From Hydrogenothermus sp. (GTDB taxonomy: Bacteria > Aquificota > Aquificia > Aquificales > Hydrogenothermaceae), in contig QNYP01000031.1 of NCBI GenBank assembly GCA_003978675.1, positions 1 through 32,724 on the forward strand: a DNA stretch of 32,724 nucleotides, written 5' to 3'. Under the pieces are notes generated by a model. It ran no database searches. It worked only from the letters and a program-made list of their open reading frames with translations, and had not been told where the DNA came from. This document shows positions 1 to 8,236 of this stretch, one piece after another. Position 1 is the first letter of the stretch; the number at the start of each line of letters is the position of its first letter. The translations under genes were made by a program, and so were the position numbers.

Positions 1-149
1 TTTTCACTTCTATATCATCTTTTTTAGCTCCTGGTATTTCAGCTTCAATAATTATGTTGTTGTCTTTCTCATATACATCTACTCTTGGAGCCCATACTTG
101 AACTTCTGCAGGAACCTGCTTCATAACAGGCATAACTTCTCCAATTAAC
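1..149. repeat. Exact 149-bp inverted copy of hsp20 nt 262-410
   Basis: Reverse complement of 1-149 (gttaattggagaagttatg...gatatagaagtgaaaa) equals 262-410; the match breaks at 150/261 and runs to the window edge. Confidence 0.95.
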
Positions 150-175
150 AAATTTAAAAGAGGGAGGTTAGAAAA

Positions 176-626
176 ATGGAGAGAAGAAATCTACCAACTT
201 TTGTAGGAGGAATCTGGAATCCATTTAGAGAAATTGCAAGAATAGAAAATGAGTTAAATAAGTTAATTGGAGAAGTTATGCCTGTTATGAAGCAGGTTCC
301 TGCAGAAGTTCAAGTATGGGCTCCAAGAGTAGATGTATATGAGAAAGACAACAACATAATTATTGAAGCTGAAATACCAGGAGCTAAAAAAGATGATATA
401 GAAGTGAAAAGCAGTAGTTATAAAAGGAGAAGTTAAGAAAGAGGAAGAGAAGAAAGAAGAAAATTACTACAGAAGCGAAAGATTTTACGGAACATTTGAA
501 AGAGTAATTCCTTTACCAGTTGAAGTGAAAGCAGAAGAGGCAAAAGCTGAAATCAAAGATGGTATCTTAAAACTAACTATTCCAAAAGCAACTGCAGAAA
601 AAGAAGTAAAAGTTACTATTGAGTAA
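176..626 (+). pseudogene. hsp20: Hsp20/alpha-crystallin small heat-shock protein, frameshifted at ~410 (possibly assembly artefact)
   Basis: ORF 176-436 has WAPRVDVYE...[14 protein letters not shown]; the +1 frame from 411 continues [59 protein letters not shown] to TAA at 624-626; SD GGAGG upstream. Confidence 0.9.
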
Positions 627-637
627 TATGTAAATAA

Positions 638-664
638 AGGGGAGTTTTCCTCCCCTATTTTTTT
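638..664 (+). terminator. Intrinsic terminator after hsp20
   Basis: AGGGGAG-ttttc-CTCCCCT stem followed by A and a T7 run. Confidence 0.8.
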
Positions 665-678
665 GCTAAAATAAATGT

Positions 679-951
679 ATGCTTAAAATATACCACTATG
701 ATGAAGAAAACTTTCATATAATCTTTAGGGTAGAGGCGGAGGAAGGGATAAAAATAATATCAAAAATCTTATCCCGTATAAAAGATGATTGTTATATAGA
801 TTGGCTTTATACCTTGGAAGAATTAAATGATAGAAATCCAATTTTATTTAAAAAAATAGATATAAAAAAAATATCTAGTGGGAATAGAAACTATATCCTT
901 ATTACACCAGACAGTAAAGAAATAGAAATTCTAGCATTAATTCCTGTATAA
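679..951 (+). CDS. Hypothetical protein (90 aa)
   Basis: Fills the gap between the terminator and trpE; codon usage typical of the window; no recognised motif. Confidence 0.65.
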   Translation: MLKIYHYDEENFHIIFRVEAEEGIKIISKILSRIKDDCYIDWLYTLEELNDRNPILFKKIDIKKISSGNRNYILITPDSKEIEILALIPV

Positions 952-976
952 TTTTTTTAAAAAAGTTGGAGATAAA

Positions 977-2464
977 ATGTCTCTAAATATTTCTTTAGAG
1001 GAATTTAAAAAATTATCAAAAGATTTCAATGTTATTCCTATTTACAAGGAAATTGTTTTAGACATAGATACTCCATTATCTGTGTTTTTAAAAACGAAGT
1101 CTCCAGAGAGATTTTCATTTCTATTTGAAAGTGTTGAGAAAGGGGAAAATAAAGGTAGGTATTCATTTATAGGTTCTTCTAAAGCTGTTTATATAAAAAC
1201 AAAAGGAAATTATACAATAAAGTATAACCTTGGAAAAACAAAGGTAATAAAGCACAATAAACCCTTAGACGAGATTAAAAACATCGTTAGAAATTTTAAA
1301 CCTGTAAAATTTGAAGATTTACCTCCATTTTGGGGAGGTTTAGTTGGATACATAGGTTATGATGTGATTAAGTTTTATGAGCCTATTCCTGATGAAAATC
1401 CTGATATTTTAGAACTTCCTGATATTTTCTTATTTTTAAGTGATGAAGTTATAGTTTTTGATAATTTGAACAATAAGATAAAAATTATAGTATCTGCAAT
1501 TTTAGATGAAACAAAAAATCCAGAAGAAGAATATAAAAAATCTATAGAAAGAATAGAAGCTATAGAAAGTAAATTATCTAAAGATTATTCATTGAAAAGG
1601 ATACAACCTAAAAAATTACAGTCTGTATCATTAGAAAAGTGGAAATCTAATTTTACAAAAGAGGATTTTTTAGAGGCAGTTAAAAAAGCAAAAGAATATA
1701 TAAGGGAAGGAGATATTATTCAAGTAGTTTTATCCCAAAGATTTTCCAAAAAACTAGAGGCAGATCCTATAGATATTTATAGGGCTGTTAGAGTTATAAA
1801 CCCTTCTCCATATTTGTTTTACTTAGATTTGCAGGATATAAAACTTATAGGTTCTTCTCCGGAAATTCTTGTTTCTGTTAAAGATGGAAAGATATTTACA
1901 AAACCAATAGCAGGGACAAGACCAAGAGGAAAAACTAAGGAGGAAGATGAAGCTTTAAAACAAAACTTACTTTCTGATGAAAAAGAAAAAGCAGAACATT
2001 TAATGCTTGTGGATTTAGCTAGGAATGATGTTGGAAAAGTTTCTAAACCTCAAACTGTGAAGGTTGATAATTTTATGTATGTGGAAAATTATTCCCATGT
2101 AATGCATATAGTTTCTGATGTTTCAGGAGAAATTAGAGATGATATATCTGCTTTAGATGTTTTAATATCCGTTTTCCCTGTTGGAACTGTTAGTGGAGCT
2201 CCAAAGGTTAGAGCTATGCAAATAATTGAGGAGTTGGAACCTGATAAAAGAGGAATTTATGCAGGAGCAGTTGGATATATATCCTTTGATGGTAATTTAG
2301 ATACTGCTATAGCAATAAGAACTGCAGTAATAGAAGGGGAAAATATCCACATACAAGCAGGAGCAGGAATTGTTGCAGACTCTGTTCCTGAAAAAGAGTA
2401 TGAAGAAACAGTTAATAAAGCTAAAGCATTAATAAAAGCAGTTGAAATAGCTGAAAACTGTTAA
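977..2464 (+). CDS. trpE: Anthranilate synthase component I
   Basis: LFESVE, GDIIQVVLSQ, NPSPY, PIAGTRPRG, EHLMLVDLARND, GTVSGAPKVRAM motifs. Confidence 0.95.
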   Translation: MSLNISLEEFKKLSKDFNVIPIYKEIVLDIDTPLSVFLKTKSPERFSFLFESVEKGENKGRYSFIGSSKAVYIKTKGNYTIKYNLGKTKVIKHNKPLDEIKNIVRNFKPVKFEDLPPFWGGLVGYIGYDVIKFYEPIPDENPDILELPDIFLFLSDEVIVFDNLNNKIKIIVSAILDETKNPEEEYKKSIERIEAIESKLSKDYSLKRIQPKKLQSVSLEKWKSNFTKEDFLEAVKKAKEYIREGDIIQVVLSQRFSKKLEADPIDIYRAVRVINPSPYLFYLDLQDIKLIGSSPEILVSVKDGKIFTKPIAGTRPRGKTKEEDEALKQNLLSDEKEKAEHLMLVDLARNDVGKVSKPQTVKVDNFMYVENYSHVMHIVSDVSGEIRDDISALDVLISVFPVGTVSGAPKVRAMQIIEELEPDKRGIYAGAVGYISFDGNLDTAIAIRTAVIEGENIHIQAGAGIVADSVPEKEYEETVNKAKALIKAVEIAENC

Positions 2465-4161
2465 GCAACTACTTTGTTTCTTCCCGTCTTTTTTGCCTCA
2501 TATAATTTTTTATCCGCTCTTATAATGATTTCATATATATTTTTGTCTTCTTCTTTAGCTTCTTCAACCCCTATGCTAACTGTATATTTTATATTTTTTC
2601 CCTCTATATTAACACTTCTACTTTCAATAGCTTTTCTGATTTTTTCTGCTATTTCTCTTGCTTTTTCTAAGTTAGCTCCAGGTAAAATAACAGCAAATTC
2701 CTCACCACCTAACCTGATAAGGTAATCTCTTTTACTTATTATATCTTTTACCGTTTCCGCAAAATCTTTTAAAACAATATCTCCGATGTCATGACCGTAT
2801 GTATCATTGATTTTTTTAAAATAGTCTATATCCATTAAAATTACAGATATAGGAACTTTTTTCAATTTTGAGGTGTCAAACACATTTTCTATAATCTTAG
2901 ATAATGCCCTTCTATTTAAAACTTTTGTTAATGGGTCAATTAAACTATCTTTTGCGTATTTTTTTATTTTTGTATTTAGGCTTTCTATGAAATCTTTTAG
3001 TTCTTCTCCTGTTTTTAGTATGTGAAGTTTCAGAAAGTCTATTTCATCAAGAATTGTAAAATCTTTTTTAAGTTTTTCATCTACCATAGTTGAATATTTT
3101 TCTAAAACGGAGAAATTTTTATTAGATATGTTTTCTGTTATATGTATTATTTCTTTTATCCTATTTTCCAAATTTCCTCCAACAAGGAAAATTATTACGA
3201 TTAAAGAAATCAACATTACAAGATAAAATGCTAGCATTGAAAATACGCTCTTATAAAAATTATCAAAAATTAAACTTACATCCTCAAGAATTGCTACAAA
3301 GCCAATATTTTTCCCTTCATAATCTTTAATAGGATATAGAGAAAGTAAAAAGCTAGTATCCCCATACTTTATGGGAGTGTGATATTTATCAGTACTTATT
3401 TCTTTGAATGCCAATTTCAAATCTTCTATAAAAATTGGGTCTAATCTACCTATAATAAGAAAGTTGTTAAGATCTTTATAATTTTTATTAAAATAAGAAA
3501 ATATTTCTGGAAGCAGTTTATTTTTTAAACTGTCTTTATTAATAATTAAAAATGCTTCTTTGTTTAAGTGTTTCTTTAAGATAGGTAAAAATGTGTCTAA
3601 ACTTTTTCCTATTGACAAAGCACCGACTATTTTATCTTTATATTGTAGAGGATATATGTACCTTATACCATAAAAATATTTGCAAACAAATAAAGAAGAA
3701 ATAGGTTTTCCTGTTTCTAATGATTTTTTTACATCAAATCTAAGGTCTAAAAGATAATTATCTTTTAAATCTTGTATGTCCCCAAATATTGTATTTGTAA
3801 AACTGATTATTGATTTTCCATTTTTGTCTACTATATGAAGTTCTGAAATTTTAAATTCTCTCTTTAGGACATCCCATTTATCTTTCAATAAGTAATATAA
3901 CTTAGTTTTATTGTTATTATTTACCTCTTTAAGAATTTCTTCTTGAGAAGCAATCAAGAAAGCCATAGAGTATATTAATTTTCTCTGTTCTTCTTTTATT
4001 AAACTTAACGATTTCTTATTATTTTCATATTTTTCTTGAAGTTCTTTGTCTTTTATTTTTAATATAGAAAAGAACTCGTAAGAAAATAAAACTATGAAAG
4101 AAAAAGTTAAAGCACCTACTATAAAGAAAATAAATCTATATATAAATCTAGACTTATACAT
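2461..4161 (-). CDS. Membrane-bound diguanylate cyclase (2 TM, Cache-like periplasmic sensor, HAMP-like linker, GGDEF)
   Basis: DPLTKVLNRR, DIDYFKKINDTYGHDIGD, RLGGEEF, AKKTGRN; two hydrophobic segments flank a ~270-aa extracytoplasmic domain. Confidence 0.92.
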   Translation of the reverse strand: MYKSRFIYRFIFFIVGALTFSFIVLFSYEFFSILKIKDKELQEKYENNKKSLSLIKEEQRKLIYSMAFLIASQEEILKEVNNNNKTKLYYLLKDKWDVLKREFKISELHIVDKNGKSIISFTNTIFGDIQDLKDNYLLDLRFDVKKSLETGKPISSLFVCKYFYGIRYIYPLQYKDKIVGALSIGKSLDTFLPILKKHLNKEAFLIINKDSLKNKLLPEIFSYFNKNYKDLNNFLIIGRLDPIFIEDLKLAFKEISTDKYHTPIKYGDTSFLLSLYPIKDYEGKNIGFVAILEDVSLIFDNFYKSVFSMLAFYLVMLISLIVIIFLVGGNLENRIKEIIHITENISNKNFSVLEKYSTMVDEKLKKDFTILDEIDFLKLHILKTGEELKDFIESLNTKIKKYAKDSLIDPLTKVLNRRALSKIIENVFDTSKLKKVPISVILMDIDYFKKINDTYGHDIGDIVLKDFAETVKDIISKRDYLIRLGGEEFAVILPGANLEKAREIAEKIRKAIESRSVNIEGKNIKYTVSIGVEEAKEEDKNIYEIIIRADKKLYEAKKTGRNKVVA

Positions 4162-4208
4162 AATAATTTACCTTAATGTTTATTCCCTTCCCCCAGATAT
4201 AAAAAAAC

Positions 4209-5270
4209 TTAATTTCCTAAAAAATTTCTAAATATATTAAAGTTGTCAATTATATTTTTTATTTCTACATATTCATTCTTCTGATGAGCCTGTGAAGCAT
4301 TCCCTGGCCCAAAATTAACAGCGTCAATACCATATAAAGAAAGCCTTGCAACATCAGTCCATGCCTGTTTAGCCTCAACAGTAAGACCAAAGCTATTTAC
4401 AAACTCTTTTAATATAACATTATCTAAACAAACTCTACCTGATGGGCAAAGGTCTGTAAATTCTACTTTAGCTTCTCCATCAACAATTTTGAGGATATCT
4501 TGTTTAGCTTCTTCTATTGTTTTTCCAGGGGCAAATCTATAGTTAACATTTACTACAAATTTATCAGGTATTATATTTCTCCCTCCAGAAAAGTCAACCA
4601 TAGTTGCATTCATTACCTCATAAAATTTCATACCTTCAAATTCATACTCTTTCACACCAAAATTTGCCAGTCTTTTTAAAAAATTTACTGATTTATGTAT
4701 AGCGTTTTCACCTTGCCAAGGTCTTGCTGAATGTGCCCTTTTACCTTCAAAGATAATAGATGCATGCATAGTTCCTAAACAACCAACCTGCACTCTATTA
4801 TCAGTAGGTTCTAATGCAAAAGCCAAATCAGTCTTTTGTATAATATCAAAATTTTTCAAAAGAGGTTCTAATCCATTATCTATATATGGCCCTTCTTCTT
4901 TTTCGTAAAAGATATATATGGTATTAAATCTTTTCTCTCTGTTTGAAAAATATTCTATAAGAGCCATCATGACTGCTAATCCTGATTTCATATCACTAGC
5001 ACCAAGACCAAAAATCTTTCCATCTATAACTTGTCCTGTATATTCATTTTCCCCTGGAACTGTATCAAGATGTCCTATTAAAGCTATAGTTTTTTTTGAA
5101 GGATTTATATTATCAAAAGCGATAATTGAATTGTTATGTCTTATTATATTTTCCTTTTTATAAAAATTAACTAAAAAACTTTCAACAAAATCAGCAATTT
5201 GTTTCTCATTGCCAATAACAGAAGGTATTTCCACAAGCTTTTTTGTATATTCTATTAACTTACTTTCCAT
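4209..5270 (-). CDS. dapE: Succinyl-diaminopimelate desuccinylase (M20 family)
   Basis: GHLDTVP, GLGASDMKSG, EEG, AHSARPWQGENAIH, WTDVAR...NFGPG...AHQKNE. Confidence 0.85.
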   Translation of the reverse strand: MESKLIEYTKKLVEIPSVIGNEKQIADFVESFLVNFYKKENIIRHNNSIIAFDNINPSKKTIALIGHLDTVPGENEYTGQVIDGKIFGLGASDMKSGLAVMMALIEYFSNREKRFNTIYIFYEKEEGPYIDNGLEPLLKNFDIIQKTDLAFALEPTDNRVQVGCLGTMHASIIFEGKRAHSARPWQGENAIHKSVNFLKRLANFGVKEYEFEGMKFYEVMNATMVDFSGGRNIIPDKFVVNVNYRFAPGKTIEEAKQDILKIVDGEAKVEFTDLCPSGRVCLDNVILKEFVNSFGLTVEAKQAWTDVARLSLYGIDAVNFGPGNASQAHQKNEYVEIKNIIDNFNIFRNFLGN

Positions 5271-6049
5271 TCTTCACTATACCCTAATCTTTCAGATAAT
5301 TCTTTAGATTTTTCTAAGAAAATATCCTTTAGCTCTATCAATCTATTATAAGGTATTCTAAAAGAAGGTCCTGACAGAGTTATAGCAGCTGCAACTTCTC
5401 CTTTATAATCAAAAACAGGAACAGATAAGCATCTAACTTCCTTTTCCCATTCTTCGTCATCTATAGCGTATCCTTCTTTTTTTACTTTCTTTAAATGTTC
5501 CCTTAAAGTTTCTTCATCTGTTATTGTTTTCTCTGTAAAAGGCTTTAATTCTATGGATTCAAAAAATTCATCTAGTTCATTTTCTTCCATAAATGCAAGA
5601 TGAACCTTACCAGATGCAGATGCATACATAGGAAGGAGTTTTCCAACTCTAGATTTAACCATAACTGGTCTATCTACTTCATAAGCATCAATGTAAACAA
5701 TTTCCCAACCGCTTCTAACGGCTAAATAAACGTTTTCTTTTATATTATCTCCAAGATATTGTAAATAAGGTCTTGCTTGCTCTCTAATCTCAACATGAGA
5801 TAAATAGGAATATCCAAGTTCAAAATTTTTTATTCCTAAAGAATATGTTTTTTTCTTCTTATTATACTCTACATAACCACGAACTGTTAAGATGGACAGT
5901 ATTTTTTGAAGTTGATTTTTGGAGATGCTGAAATTAGATAATATTTCTTCAAAAGTTAAGTTAGGTTTTTTTGCAAGCAAAAATAAAACTTCGAATGTTG
6001 CATCTACATTATGAACTATGTAGTCCTGTTTTGTTCTTTTTCTATTCAT
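5255..6049 (-). CDS. IclR-family transcriptional regulator
   Basis: N-terminal HTH, ASASGKVHLA, GYAIDDEEW...VRCLSVPV...AAITLSGP signature. Confidence 0.92.
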   Translation of the reverse strand: MNRKRTKQDYIVHNVDATFEVLFLLAKKPNLTFEEILSNFSISKNQLQKILSILTVRGYVEYNKKKKTYSLGIKNFELGYSYLSHVEIREQARPYLQYLGDNIKENVYLAVRSGWEIVYIDAYEVDRPVMVKSRVGKLLPMYASASGKVHLAFMEENELDEFFESIELKPFTEKTITDEETLREHLKKVKKEGYAIDDEEWEKEVRCLSVPVFDYKGEVAAAITLSGPSFRIPYNRLIELKDIFLEKSKELSERLGYSEEWKVS

Positions 6050-6073
6050 TACAATCTCGTTTTGATAAATAAA

Positions 6074-6152
6074 TGGCGGAGCCGACGGGATTCGAACCCG
6101 CGACCTCTGGCGTGACAGGCCAGCGTTCTGGGCCAGGCTGAACTACGGCTCC
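6074..6152 (-). tRNA. tRNA-Asp(GTC), CCA encoded
   Basis: GGAGCCGTAGTTCAG...CTGTCAC...GGTTCGAATCCC...GGCTCCGCCA cloverleaf. Confidence 0.97.
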
Positions 6153-6160
6153 ATTTTTAG

Positions 6161-6234
6161 TGGGCGGTAGAGGATTCGAACCTCTGACCCCCTCCTTGTA
6201 AGGGAGGTGCTCTGGCCAACTGAGCTAACCGCCC
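6161..6234 (-). tRNA. tRNA-Val(TAC), CCA not encoded (followed by CTA)
   Basis: GGGCGGTTAGCTCAG...CTTACAA...GGTTCGAATCC...CCGCCCA cloverleaf. Confidence 0.97.
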
Positions 6235-6245
6235 AAGGGATATTT

Positions 6246-6274
6246 ATAATAACATTTCTTATTCGATTTTTCAA
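6246..6274 (-). promoter_or_regulatory. Sigma70-type promoter, proximal, for tRNA-Val/Asp
   Basis: TTGAAA (6274-6269), 17 bp, TATTAT (6251-6246); predicted TSS a few nt before tRNA-Val. Confidence 0.6.
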
Positions 6275-6327
6275 CACTTTTTTGCGGAATTTTATCCGCA
6301 AAACCTTTCTACAAAAAAGCGGATAAT

Positions 6328-6356
6328 AATATATACAACCTAAATATAAATGTCAA
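6328..6356 (-). promoter_or_regulatory. Sigma70-type promoter, distal, upstream of the tRNAs
   Basis: TTGACA (6356-6351), 17 bp, TATATT (6333-6328). Confidence 0.7.
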
Positions 6357-6374
6357 GAGTAAAATTTTTGTAAA

Positions 6375-7208
6375 TTAAATGATATCCCTTGTTATTTCCT
6401 TTATACCTTCAAGTCCCTTTAAAGGAATGCCTATATGTCCTTCTGGAACTTGATAATCTTTTGGATTTATTCTTATTAAAGTTCCTTTAGTTTCTCTAGC
6501 AGTTCTCTCTGAAAAATATCTAACTGTTGGAACTGCTGTTCCTGCCCCAATTTCTATTATTGCAAGTTTTTTATTTTTTCTTATTACACTGTTAAGCCAA
6601 ACCCTTAATCTAAATTCTTGGCTTTCTGTTCTGATAGGAACCCAGTGGAAATCATTAAACATTAATATATTTGGTCTTGCTAATCTTCCACAGTGTTTAC
6701 ATCTAGGAAGAGGTGAAATTGCTCTAAACTTTTCTTCATCAATTTTTATTTCTATACCTTTAGCAGACCATATATCATCACAGCAAGGAAAAGTACATTG
6801 TAAATGATGTATACTTCCATGTATTTCTACAATTTTATCTTCAGGATAGCCTGCCTTTTGGAACTGCCCATCTACATTTGAGGTAAAAACGAAATAATCA
6901 TTATTTTTTAGCTCACCAAGCTTTTTTAGTATATAAAATCCTTCATGAGGATTTGTTTCTCTATATGTCTTCAGTCTATGTCCGTAAAATGCCCAAGCAA
7001 GTTCAGGGTCTTCTCTAAACCATCTTGGATTTGCAAGCTCTTCAAATCTTAGACCTAATTTTTTTGCAATTGGATAAGCACGCCAAAACCCTTCTGAACC
7101 TCTAAAATCTGGGAGCCCTGAGTCGACTCCCATACCAGCTCCAGCTGTTATTAAAATTGCATCTGCTTCTTTTATAGCTTTTCTAGCTTGTTCTATTAGC
7201 TTCTCCAC
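6375..7208 (-). CDS. Sir2-family NAD-dependent deacylase
   Basis: GAGMGVDSGLPDFRG, TSNVDG, EIHGS, Zn-binding Cys pairs, RPNILMF. Confidence 0.93.
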   Translation of the reverse strand: MEKLIEQARKAIKEADAILITAGAGMGVDSGLPDFRGSEGFWRAYPIAKKLGLRFEELANPRWFREDPELAWAFYGHRLKTYRETNPHEGFYILKKLGELKNNDYFVFTSNVDGQFQKAGYPEDKIVEIHGSIHHLQCTFPCCDDIWSAKGIEIKIDEEKFRAISPLPRCKHCGRLARPNILMFNDFHWVPIRTESQEFRLRVWLNSVIRKNKKLAIIEIGAGTAVPTVRYFSERTARETKGTLIRINPKDYQVPEGHIGIPLKGLEGIKEITRDII

Positions 7209-7957
7209 GCGTTTTCGTCCCTAGGTTTCATTATCCACATCTGGTAAAGTGATATAAGTATCATTAAAGTAGAAGCTGTGAAGTATCCAAAACCTCCAAT
7301 TATTACAAAATATGCAAAATTTGGCCATATCTTAGTAAGCCACCATGCTGTGATATCTATAAGTTGGAAAGCAAATGGTGTAAAAATAAGAATAGATTTT
7401 ATAATTTTGTTTACCCCAACAGCAAATGAGAATATAAATCCTAAAAACATAAATATAAATGCCATTCCAAACAGGTGAATATGAGATAATCTTGTTAATT
7501 GTCCAATAGTAGCTCCTGTATCAACTTTAGCAAGTTCTTTTAAAACTTCTTTTTTTGTTAAGTTAGGTATAGACGGTATTACTCCATGGCACTTTGAACA
7601 GTTATTCTGAATAATTGGTTTTACTTTTGTTTCATATTCATCATCAGGTGCCCCTTTTCTAACCCATTCTATCAAGATGGCTCTTTCTTCTGGTGTTGCA
7701 TACTGTTTCATGGAACCATTTAATGCTTTTTCTAACTTAGATCCTTCTCTATTTCCATAATAACTATAGACAATATCTTTAACAGAAATACCGAATTTAC
7801 CGTCTGCCATACCGTGGGTTAATAGTATTTGCAATCCTGCAATCATTAAACCTATTCCTATAACGATTAAATATCCAGTAAATAAAACTTTAACAGGTAG
7901 AGATATTCGCGTTAAATTTAACCATCCTCCGTCTGTGTTTTTTTTATCTTTTTCCAT
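7196..7957 (-). CDS. Polytopic membrane protein with a CXXCH (putative c-type heme) domain; start probably 7957 rather than 7999
   Basis: N-terminal TM, soluble domain with CSKCH, then ~3 TMs beginning with LSHIHLFG; AAGGAGGAG SD just before ATG 7957; overlaps the sirtuin by 13 nt. Confidence 0.8.
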   Translation of the reverse strand: MEKDKKNTDGGWLNLTRISLPVKVLFTGYLIVIGIGLMIAGLQILLTHGMADGKFGISVKDIVYSYYGNREGSKLEKALNGSMKQYATPEERAILIEWVRKGAPDDEYETKVKPIIQNNCSKCHGVIPSIPNLTKKEVLKELAKVDTGATIGQLTRLSHIHLFGMAFIFMFLGFIFSFAVGVNKIIKSILIFTPFAFQLIDITAWWLTKIWPNFAYFVIIGGFGYFTASTLMILISLYQMWIMKPRDENAWRS

Positions 7958-8012
7958 AAAACTCCTCCTTTTTATTAAAAAATAGTGCATAAGATTCAAA
8001 AATTAGAATTCT

Positions 8013-8041
8013 AATATAATGAATGAGTATTCATTTGTCAA
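8013..8041 (-). promoter_or_regulatory. Sigma70 promoter with operator palindrome in the spacer (site 1)
   Basis: TTGACA (8041-8036), 17 bp, TATATT (8018-8013); AATGAAT-gagt-ATTCATT at 8018-8035. Confidence 0.8.
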
Positions 8042-8049
8042 TAATATTG

Positions 8050-8235
8050 TTATTTATCTGATAAAAGTTTTCCTCCTTTTGCCCAGTTTTCTCTATCTAT
8101 TTCTTCTATTACAATATAGGTTGATTCTGGTGGCTTATTTGCAACCTCTTCTAAAACTTTTGTTATTCCTTCTGCTATTTTTTGTTTTTGCTCTTTAGAT
8201 AATTTACCTGCAACTTTTACATTTACATAAGGCAT
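8050..8235 (-). CDS. 4-oxalocrotonate tautomerase family protein
   Basis: Pro1 after Met, 61 aa, C-terminal ENWAKGG. Confidence 0.9.
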   Translation of the reverse strand: MPYVNVKVAGKLSKEQKQKIAEGITKVLEEVANKPPESTYIVIEEIDRENWAKGGKLLSDK

Positions 8236-8236
8236 A

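Noticed and set aside
400-415. Programmed ribosomal frameshift in hsp20
   Set aside because: No convincing slippery heptamer or structure; residues appear to be missing and the site coincides with the inverted-repeat end, favouring a deletion or artefact.
6074-6234. tRNA genes as integration sites for a mobile element
   Set aside because: No integrase, transposase or duplicated tRNA 3' end was seen in the window.
6375-7208. Sirtuin as an anti-phage (Thoeris/DSR-type) NADase
   Set aside because: It has the Zn-binding domain and size of a classical deacylase and no defence partner genes nearby.
7958-7999. Longer start (7999) for the CXXCH protein, and likewise 17186 for DUF4198 and 29264 for the 2d small subunit
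   Set aside because: Downstream ATGs (7957, 17141, 29237) have better SD or coupling and family-typical N-termini.
7984-8000. AGTGCAT-aag-ATTCAAA as an extra operator copy
   Set aside because: The spacer is 3 rather than 4 nt and there are several mismatches; plausible by chance in AT-rich DNA.
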